In this document: in pieces, positions 1 to 7,052 of the stretch | Numbering within the stretch: the stretch's first letter is position 1 | Layout of the letters: every line of letters starts with the position of its first letter | Assembly: GCA_047611865.1 (NCBI GenBank) | Contig: JBLFWS010000064.1 | Coordinates: 1 to 16,257 of the forward strand | Length of the DNA stretch: 16,257 nucleotides | Source: Chlamydiales bacterium | GTDB lineage: Bacteria > Chlamydiota > Chlamydiia > Chlamydiales > JBDQID01 | Reading direction: 5' to 3' | Translations under genes and position numbers: made by a program | Notes under the pieces: model-generated | Databases searched by the model: none | What the model saw: only the letters and a program-made list of their open reading frames with translations | What the model was told of the DNA's origin: nothing

Positions 1-467
1 ATTTAGGCCCCGCAGCAACCCTCGTAAAAAGTTTGAAATATTCAAATCAGTTTTATTTGAGCAAAGGATCAGGAGCCCATATGGCATCTTACCTGTTAAA
101 TCTAGGTTGGCCTATTCCTGATGTCATCATCCCCGTTCCCATCACATTAACCCACTGGTTACAAAGGGGCTTCAATCAAAGTCGGCTTCTAGCTGATAGC
201 ATGTCAGAAATCCTCACATGCCCCGTCCAAGAAGCCCTAAAACGAGACAACCTCGCCTATTCCCAAGCTGAGTTGAGTTTAAAACAACGGCTTCAAATGA
301 AAGAAAACAGCTTTACCCTGAAAAAAAAGCAAAATCTGTCTGACAAAGTAGTCCTAATCGTTGACGATGTAAGCACAACAGGCACAACATTAAACAGATG
401 TGCTGCAACCATTCTCCCCGAATGCCCCACCGCCATCTATGCCTTAACCCTTTGCCTAGCGCCTTAA
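1..467 (+). CDS. comF: ComF family protein (phosphoribosyltransferase-like), 5'-truncated by the window edge
   Basis: The frame is open from base 3 (LGPAATLVKSLKY...), so the TTG at 33 is internal. It has the ComF motifs IIPVP...RGFNQS and the PRPP-binding loop VVLIVDDVSTTGTT. Stop TAA at 465-467. Confidence 0.85.
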   Translation, partial: LGPAATLVKSLKYSNQFYLSKGSGAHMASYLLNLGWPIPDVIIPVPITLTHWLQRGFNQSRLLADSMSEILTCPVQEALKRDNLAYSQAELSLKQRLQMKENSFTLKKKQNLSDKVVLIVDDVSTTGTTLNRCAATILPECPTAIYALTLCLAP

Positions 468-621
468 GTGTCTAATAGCTCTAATTCGCTGATAAATAGT
501 TGAAATATCTTTATAGTCTCTTTAAACTCCATTAATAATACGTTAATGTTTTAATGGTAATATATTAATATAAATGAAAGGCGTATACTAATATGCAGTC
601 TGAATCAGGAGAATTACAGTT

Positions 622-933
622 ATGACCAAAAATAAGGGTCAAAAGATAGCCACACCGAACAAGGGAAGCGAATTAAAACGCCTCGAATTTGAAATTGAAG
701 CTTTAGAAAGAGAGACTGCTGAGCTATTCAAGAAATTGGATATTACACCTGAAAAAATTCAGGCATTCCTTGATAAGGATAATTATTCCGAAAAAGAATG
801 GGACTATATTCAAAAAGAACGGGCCAAATTCGAAGAACAACTCGAAAGGGAGCTCAACAGCATTGACGATCCCGAAAGAAAAAAACAAGCCTTCGCAGAG
901 TTGAAAAATACAGCTTCCTGGATGAGAATCTAG
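622..933 (+). CDS. Small, highly charged, predicted coiled-coil hypothetical protein (103 aa)
   Basis: AGGAG SD at 607-611 ahead of ATG 622. E/K-rich heptad-like sequence (LKRLEFEIEALERETAELFKKL) with a C-terminal aromatic motif SWMRI. Confidence 0.8.
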   Translation: MTKNKGQKIATPNKGSELKRLEFEIEALERETAELFKKLDITPEKIQAFLDKDNYSEKEWDYIQKERAKFEEQLERELNSIDDPERKKQAFAELKNTASWMRI

Positions 934-1009
934 ACTTTTTTTTTCCTTTACTTGACAATTTCCTAAAATTACTTTTTCCTTGTGGGACATTACCCAAGGA
1001 TTTCCCATC

Positions 1010-2470
1010 ATGCCAAAACAACATTATCCAATCGTTGTCCTTGGAGCTGGAGCTGCTGGCCTAGTTGTTGCCATTGGCGCAGCTAAAGCAGGAAAACGAG
1101 TACTCCTTATCGAAAAAGGGAACTACGGAGGGGATTGTACACACTTCGGCTGCGTTCCCAGCAAAGCACTTATTGCATCAGCACATGCTTCTCATGCCAT
1201 CCACTCAGGAAAGAAATATGGTATCGACATTCAAAGCAACAGTTTCAGCGCCGATAGAGCTTTGCAGAGAACTCGAGATATCGTAGCCTCTTTTGTATCT
1301 CATGAAAATCCAAAAGCCTTAAAAGATCTAGGTGTCAATACCATTACAGGAATAGCAAGCTTCACTTCTCCAAAAAATATCATTGTCACAGATGAAGAAG
1401 GAAAAGAAGATGCTATAAGTGGAGATCATATTGTTATTGCCACAGGATCACACCCCTTTATTCCTGACATTGAGGGGCTTGATACCGTTCCATTTCTCAC
1501 CAACGAAAACATCTTCGATTTAAAAGCTATTCCTGAAAGCCTAGCAATAATCGGTGCAGGAGCCATTGGCTGTGAACTAGGCCAAGCTTTTCAACGTCTG
1601 GGTGCAAAAGTAACCGTGGTAGAATTCCTTGACTCCTTAATTTTTAGAGAAGAACCCGAAGCCCAAGAAATACTGAAATCCTCATTCAACAACGAGGGCA
1701 TCACAACGATCCTTAATCACGAGACTGTGAAAGTAGAAAAAATCGAAAATAAGATTTCACTAACTCTTCGAAACCGAAATGACAAAAAGGAACATGTCAT
1801 TCAAGTTTCACATCTTCTAGTTGCAGTGGGAAGGCGCCCTAATCTAAAAAGCCTAGATCTTGAAAAAGCAAAAGTGCAGCACTCCCCAAAAGGCATTACT
1901 ATTGATTCGTATGGCCGTTCCTCGCAAAAACATATATGGGCAGCCGGTGATGTTACTGGTGAAGCACTATTTACTCACATGGCAGAAAACCGAGCAAGAA
2001 CCATACTCACCAATATTTTGCTTCCCTGGCCCCTACGTATTAAGCTCGATCTTAAACAAGCCGTTCCTCGCGTTACTTTCACCGACCCTGAGGTCGCCAG
2101 CATCGGAATAACAGAAAAGGAAGCTATCGATACATATAAGAAGCAAAGCCTGGCTACCTATATCGTCCCCTTTTCAGAACTCGACCGAGCAATAACAGCA
2201 GGCCGAACAGAAGGCATTGTCAAAATCATCACAAAAAAATGGAGCAGCAAAATACTTGGAGCAACTATTGTTTCACCAAGAGCTGGCGAGATGATTGGTG
2301 AAATCTCGGTTGCCATGCATAGTAATATTCCCCTGCGAAAACTAGCTTCTCTAATTCACCCTTACCCCAGTTATAGTCTGGCTATACGTAAAGCCGCTGA
2401 CCAATGGCTGAGTAAAACAATCTTTCCTCTCCTCACAAAATGGATATCAAAAACTCCCAATGAAAAATAA
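1010..2470 (+). CDS. Class I pyridine nucleotide-disulfide oxidoreductase (MerA/Lpd-like, but not a canonical MerA)
   Basis: FAD motif GAGAAG, redox disulfide GGDCTHFGCVPSK, NAD(P) motif GAGAIGCE, AAGD, and interface-domain IHPYPS. Start placed at ATG 1010 (AAGGA SD at 996-1000) rather than TTG 980. Confidence 0.9.
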   Translation: MPKQHYPIVVLGAGAAGLVVAIGAAKAGKRVLLIEKGNYGGDCTHFGCVPSKALIASAHASHAIHSGKKYGIDIQSNSFSADRALQRTRDIVASFVSHENPKALKDLGVNTITGIASFTSPKNIIVTDEEGKEDAISGDHIVIATGSHPFIPDIEGLDTVPFLTNENIFDLKAIPESLAIIGAGAIGCELGQAFQRLGAKVTVVEFLDSLIFREEPEAQEILKSSFNNEGITTILNHETVKVEKIENKISLTLRNRNDKKEHVIQVSHLLVAVGRRPNLKSLDLEKAKVQHSPKGITIDSYGRSSQKHIWAAGDVTGEALFTHMAENRARTILTNILLPWPLRIKLDLKQAVPRVTFTDPEVASIGITEKEAIDTYKKQSLATYIVPFSELDRAITAGRTEGIVKIITKKWSSKILGATIVSPRAGEMIGEISVAMHSNIPLRKLASLIHPYPSYSLAIRKAADQWLSKTIFPLLTKWISKTPNEK

Positions 2471-3182
2471 TTTTCCCTCCAGAGTTAAAAGATTCCTTCC
2501 GTTACTACTACTTCTTAGCTGTATGCTTCTGGCTTATATCTCCGGTATTGGGGACTTTCTTAATCTGGAGACTCTAAAACAACACCGGCAAGAACTTATT
2601 TCATTCGTAGAGAGTTACCCCCTTCTAGCTCCTATTACCTACATTTTATGCTATATCATCGCCACAGCCCTCTCCATACCAGGAGCTATCCTTCTTACGT
2701 TGACCGGTGGCTTTTTGTTCCCGCAGCCCTTCTGCACGATTTATACCATCACCGGAGCCTCCATTGGAGCTTGTATTATCTTTCTCATTGCCAGGACGAC
2801 CCTTGGTGATTCTTTAAAACAGAAGGCCGGGAAATTCATGAATAAAATGGAATCCGGCTTGAAAGAGAACGCCGTTAGTTACCTTCTATTCTTACGATTT
2901 GTCCCTATTTTCCCCTTTTGGGTTGCCAACTTAGCTCCTGCATTTTTCGGAGTAAGTTTTTTCACCTACGCGTGGACAACAGTTATTGGAATAACCCCAG
3001 GATCTTTTGTTTTTACTCAAGCAGGAGCAGGTTTAGGAGCCATATTAGATTCAGAAGAAAAATTCTCCGTATCCACGATACTCAACAATGATATGAAAAT
3101 TGCCTTACTTGCTTTAGGGATTTTTGCTTTAATTCCCATCCTATTGAAAAAACTCCAAAATAAGAATTCAGAAAATGATTGA
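2460..3182 (+). CDS. DedA/TVP38/TMEM64 (VTT domain) membrane protein
   Basis: Motifs SIPGAILLTLTGGFLF, GASIGACIIFLIAR and LLFLRFVPIFPFWVAN. Hydrophobic. Overlaps the upstream gene by 11 nt. Confidence 0.9.
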   Translation: MKNNFPSRVKRFLPLLLLLSCMLLAYISGIGDFLNLETLKQHRQELISFVESYPLLAPITYILCYIIATALSIPGAILLTLTGGFLFPQPFCTIYTITGASIGACIIFLIARTTLGDSLKQKAGKFMNKMESGLKENAVSYLLFLRFVPIFPFWVANLAPAFFGVSFFTYAWTTVIGITPGSFVFTQAGAGLGAILDSEEKFSVSTILNNDMKIALLALGIFALIPILLKKLQNKNSEND

Positions 3183-3768
3183 TTCCTACTACCGAGATAA
3201 ATACCAAGCTATTCTCGTCAGGCCTATCGTGAAAATAATCTCCCGTTCAACTACTATCCACCCTAAACTCGTTACCTTAGTTGCCTGTTGCTCTGGAATC
3301 CTCATCATCCCCCTATTGGCATTTTCTTACCCCTACACAGCCCTTATCTTCATGCTCATTTCTGGATATCTAGATACTTTCGACGGCAGCCTTGCCAGAG
3401 AAACTCATAAAGAATCTCCTCAAGGAGCCGTACTTGATATAATTTGTGACCGCATTGTGGAATTCAGCATTATTCTCGGCCTATATTTTGTCGATCCTGT
3501 TTCAAGGAGTCTTTTATGCCTATTCATGCTTGGTAGTGTACTAATCTGTATTACTTCTTTCCTTGTAGTCGGGATATTTATTGAAAATGCTACAAATAAA
3601 AGTTTTCACTACAGTCCAGGTCTAATGGAGCGCTCAGAAGCGTTCTGCCTCTTTGCTCTAATGATACTTTTCCCAAGCTACTTTTCTTGGTTCGCAAGTC
3701 TTTTCAGTATATTAGTGTTTTGGACAGCTCTGATAAGAGTAAAAGAATTTCAAGAAAATACCCCCTAA
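3175..3768 (+). CDS. CDP-alcohol phosphatidyltransferase family protein (YnjF-like)
   Basis: Signature DxxDGxxAR...GxxLDxxxD is present as DTFDGSLARETHKESPQGAVLDIICD, plus a C-terminal GLMERSE. Overlaps the upstream gene by 8 nt. Confidence 0.88.
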   Translation: MIDSYYRDKYQAILVRPIVKIISRSTTIHPKLVTLVACCSGILIIPLLAFSYPYTALIFMLISGYLDTFDGSLARETHKESPQGAVLDIICDRIVEFSIILGLYFVDPVSRSLLCLFMLGSVLICITSFLVVGIFIENATNKSFHYSPGLMERSEAFCLFALMILFPSYFSWFASLFSILVFWTALIRVKEFQENTP

Positions 3769-3951
3769 AGCGTGTTTTCAAATAGCGAAACGCTGCTTTT
3801 GGAACCTATTTTCGCACTTTTGGATCGCACCCAACTCACTTATTTGTCTGTTTTGTCGCATTGACACATCCTTCATGAGGAACAAAGTTCCATACACATC
3901 AAGCTAAGGTTCTAAGTGGCCGTAAGAGAAAGGATAAGATAAAATAATCCT

Positions 3952-4204
3952 TACCCACGAAGTGGGTTGCAGAAGGTAGCCCAGTGCAAGAGCGAGACAT
4001 GCAGCTCTGGGTATCTGAATAAACAAAATCTTAACCCTTGAAAAGGGTGATGGAAATGCTAAAACATCTAACGGGCTTAAGAGATTTCCAGCACCCTTTT
4101 CAAGAGTGCACAATTAAATTCGCACATAACCAGAGCTACGTGTCTCGGTCGCAAGCTCCCTCGCTCTTGCACTGGGCTATCTTCTATAACCCACTTCGTG
4201 GGTA
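3952..4204. repeat. Inverted repeat pairs C (3952-3996 / 4160-4204) and D (3993-4014 / 4126-4147)
   Basis: C matches 42/45 and D matches 19/22. The two are offset by a 16-nt indel on the right arm bounded by CTCG direct repeats. Confidence 0.95.
4037..4104. repeat. Innermost inverted repeat pair E: 4037-4057 / 4084-4104
   Basis: CTTGAAAAGGGTGATGGAAAT against ATTTCCAGCACCCTTTTCAAG, 20/21, with a 26-nt central loop. Confidence 0.95.
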
Positions 4205-4445
4205 TCTTCGCTTACACTTTTTATTTACGAATTCTTTGCGCTAAAATGTAAAATTACTTAATTTTCAGCAAAACAAATCGCTACAGATTTAATTTAATAT
4301 TTACCCAAACAACTCTTTTATGATCACTTACATTCTTAGCTTGATGCGTATGGAACTTCGTTCCTCATGAAGGCTTAACCAATGCCACAAAAGATCAAAA
4401 AAAAGCGTTTCGTAATTTTAATACACGACCTAGACTGTCCGTAGG

Positions 4446-5303
4446 CTATCTACAATCCAGAGAGAACTCTAAGACAAGTTGTTCATAAGCAGCACTCAAA
4501 TCTTCCTCGAAATCCAGATCTCGAGAAAACCGTCGGTCTTGGATCTTCGTCACAGCTTGAAAATGATGCATTGAATTGCATAGAAAGACATAAGCATCAT
4601 CTGGTATTTCAGATATGGTCGCTTTGACATAATGTACATTCAGGCCCAATGAAGCTTCTGCAGCACTAAGTATCGTCATCAAAGCAACACCAAATGATAA
4701 AGGAAGATCCGGGTCAGGCGTATACAGAAATCCATCCTTTACCCAAAATATATTGGAAAAAGAAGCCTCAAGGATCTGGCCTTCTGGGTTAGTTAGTAGA
4801 AAATCATCAACACCTTTGACTTTCGCTTCAGAAGAAAAACCACACCTCCCTGATATTACGACACTATGAACACGAGAAAAAGACTCCTCTGTTGAAAGAG
4901 AAAGCATCCCCAAGCTCAACGGTTCTCTAAAACTCTTCGGGGTTTCTCTGACAGTCATAAGAAAATGGGAAAAAGATCTAAAAGCTCTATCTTCTCTTAT
5001 TTCTTCACGATCTATTGCAAATAATTTAAGCTCCCAAATCCCCTTCACCGCATTATTAAAATGGAGTAGGTCTGCAACCCAGTGCTCCATAACGAAGGGA
5101 GAGTACATAGAAATCTCATGACAATGGGTATCAAACACTCTCAAATGAGTGACGAAACTTTCAACTACACCATTGTCTATTCTAAGAGTGGAATAAATCC
5201 CCTCATCATCGAGGGAGAAACCATCGAAGATGGGGCTTCTTAACTTATCAACAGTTACGAAGACCCCATCCATAAAGGCTATTTGATTATTTTCAGAACC
5301 CAT
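4446..5303 (-). CDS. Aminotransferase class IV / PabC (aminodeoxychorismate lyase)-like protein, apparently degenerate
   Basis: Fold-IV motif DDFLLTNPEGQILEASFSNIFWVKDGFLYTP and ...DDAYVFLCNSM...VTKI. Starts 12 nt downstream of the nqrF stop. Confidence 0.75.
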   Translation of the reverse strand: MGSENNQIAFMDGVFVTVDKLRSPIFDGFSLDDEGIYSTLRIDNGVVESFVTHLRVFDTHCHEISMYSPFVMEHWVADLLHFNNAVKGIWELKLFAIDREEIREDRAFRSFSHFLMTVRETPKSFREPLSLGMLSLSTEESFSRVHSVVISGRCGFSSEAKVKGVDDFLLTNPEGQILEASFSNIFWVKDGFLYTPDPDLPLSFGVALMTILSAAEASLGLNVHYVKATISEIPDDAYVFLCNSMHHFQAVTKIQDRRFSRDLDFEEDLSAAYEQLVLEFSLDCR

Positions 5304-5315
5304 AAGATATGTCGT

Positions 5316-6647
5316 CTAACTTCCGAAGTCATCCAGCATAATGTTGTCACGTGGAACACCGTAGTCTTCCAGGAGTCTCATTACACTGAGGTTATGCATT
5401 GGAGGTCCACATACATAAAAAAGACATTCTTCTGGCTCATCCATCTTCTTCAACTGACCTATTTCAAAAGACTTAAAGAGATATCCTGTTTTTACCGGAT
5501 CATCTTTTGGCCAGCCTGCTTTAATATCTTCTTCTAGTGGCTCTGACAGAACAAGATTGTAAGTGAAGTTCTCGTGTTCCTTTGCGAGGCTCTCGTATTC
5601 TTCTTGGTAAATGTTCTCTTTGGCGGATCTTGCGCCATACCACATGGTGATCTTTCTTTTGCTGTTTTCCGTGTTTAACAAATGAAGGATGTGACTTCTG
5701 CCAAAGGAAGAACCCGCTCCACCAATCAGGAAAACCAACTCTCGGTCGTCGTTAATCATGTAAGACTCACCGTAAGGACCTGAAAGCTTTAGCTTGTCCC
5801 CGGGCTTCAAACCGAATGTATAGCTCGAGCAAATACCCCATGGGATCTTGTCGTCCATAACCCCTTTAACAAAGGGCGGAGTCGCGATCCGGATATTAAA
5901 CATAAGCTTTCTGCCTTCAGCAGGATAAGAAGCCATAGAGTAGGCCCTAATAACATCGTCTTCTGGCAAATGACTAAAGTCGACAGTATTATCGAAAAGA
6001 CCAAATTTCTCCCAGTCTTCGAAATACTTTTCCTCCATCGTTTCCTTCCAATCCGATGTCATGGTCGTGAAAGGAGGAACATGGCACTGCAGGTATCCGC
6101 CAGACTTGTAAGGCACATCCTCAGGAACTTCTACCACAAGCTCTTTAATAAAAGTCGCTACATTTTCATTACTTACTACAGTAGCTTCCCAAGACTTTAC
6201 GTCCATAAGCTCTTCAGGAATTTCCACGTGGATACTGTTCTTCACTTTACATTGGCAAGATAAACGCCATCCGTCCTGGACTTCTTTTTTTGAGAATGTC
6301 GATTTATCGGTTTCCAAGGCGTCTCCAGCACCTTCAGTAACTTGAATTCTGCATTGCTTGCATGTGGCTTTTCCACCACATGGGGAAGGAACTGGAATTC
6401 CTTGAGAGGTAAGAGTTTCCAGAAGCGTTCCCCCACTAAACACAGTTTTAGTCATAGAGGGGTCGTCGTTAATCTGGATGTAACACTCTTCGACGGTAAC
6501 CAATTTATTTTTGGTTACAAGGATCATGGCCGCCAAAAGCACTCCGATAACGATGGATGCGAGGGCTGCAAAAAATGTTATCAACACGTCACTCGCTGGG
6601 CCAGCAGGCGCTGATGCAAGAAAAAATGAAACAGTCAAAATACTCAT
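5316..6647 (-). CDS. nqrF: Na(+)-translocating NADH:quinone oxidoreductase subunit F
   Basis: N-terminal TM helix, 2Fe-2S motif CGGKATCKQC...RLSCQ, NENVATFIKEL, RAYSMASYP, NIRIATPP, YVCGPP and C-terminal DDFGS. Confidence 0.96.
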   Translation of the reverse strand: MSILTVSFFLASAPAGPASDVLITFFAALASIVIGVLLAAMILVTKNKLVTVEECYIQINDDPSMTKTVFSGGTLLETLTSQGIPVPSPCGGKATCKQCRIQVTEGAGDALETDKSTFSKKEVQDGWRLSCQCKVKNSIHVEIPEELMDVKSWEATVVSNENVATFIKELVVEVPEDVPYKSGGYLQCHVPPFTTMTSDWKETMEEKYFEDWEKFGLFDNTVDFSHLPEDDVIRAYSMASYPAEGRKLMFNIRIATPPFVKGVMDDKIPWGICSSYTFGLKPGDKLKLSGPYGESYMINDDRELVFLIGGAGSSFGRSHILHLLNTENSKRKITMWYGARSAKENIYQEEYESLAKEHENFTYNLVLSEPLEEDIKAGWPKDDPVKTGYLFKSFEIGQLKKMDEPEECLFYVCGPPMHNLSVMRLLEDYGVPRDNIMLDDFGS

Positions 6648-6925
6648 GGGCTACCACAGAGATAAACAATTCATTGTTAAGATATATTGAAACTTCTAAC
6701 TGAACGATATCCTGTTAAGGAATTCTCTTCAAATCCAATTTGACAAAGTTTCAAAATCCTCTTAGTGAATAATCTGCATCTCAGATGAACTTATTAAAAA
6801 ATTTATTAATCATAAGCCCGTATCTAATTTGACAAAAGGAAGAGATATACCAAAGAACTGAACACTCTAGGACTGAATTAAAACAAACTATACAGTTAAA
6901 TATGACTTACGGGTTCACATTAATT

Positions 6926-6951
6926 AAAGTACTGGTTAAAATCAGTACTTT
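6926..6951. promoter_or_regulatory. Operator-like palindrome AAAGTACTG-N8-CAGTACTTT
   Basis: Perfect 9-bp arms in the divergent nqrF / symporter intergenic region, about 100 nt upstream of ATG 7053. Confidence 0.45.
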
Positions 6952-7052
6952 CAATTTTGCTAACTTTCCTTTATTTAAGCTCTTTATCTTTAGAGTTCTG
7001 AAGATAAAAATTTGAGAAATAAAGGGATAAAATCCATTTCGGCTTTATACAG

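Larger units (their letters stand above)
3851..4392. repeat. Inverted repeat pair B: 3851-3929 / 4314-4392
   Basis: Ungapped manual alignment gives 64/79. The core 3870-3908 / 4335-4373 matches 37/39. Confidence 0.95.
3768..4430. mobile_element. Putative non-autonomous MITE/REPIN-like fold-back element made of nested inverted repeats
   Basis: Imperfect terminal IRs (3771-3794 / 4404-4427, 20/24), TA on both sides (3766-3767 and 4431-4432), four more concentric IR pairs inside, and no credible ORF. The repeats are seen directly; mobility is inferred. Confidence 0.55.

Noticed and set aside
1010..2470. Mercury resistance (merA) call
   Set aside because: No C-terminal Cys-Cys, no NmerA domain, and no merR/T/P nearby.
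3904..4244. ORFs 3904-4113 (-) and 4038-4244 (+) as a transposase or other cargo
   Set aside because: Short, with no DDE, HUH or other motif, and they run through the inverted-repeat arms, so they are most likely chance frames.
3768..4430. Retron msr/msd, tRNA or known riboswitch
   Set aside because: No reverse transcriptase nearby, no cloverleaf or recognisable aptamer, and the element lies between gene 3' ends rather than in a leader.
5316..6647. nqrF apart from nqrA-E as a novelty
   Set aside because: A split nqr locus with a separate nqrF is the known arrangement in chlamydiae.
6737..6836. Repeated AATTTGACAAA (TTGACA at 6740 and 6829) as sigma70-type promoters
   Set aside because: Neither has a convincing -10 hexamer at 16-18 nt spacing. 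The same applies to TTGACA at 952-957.
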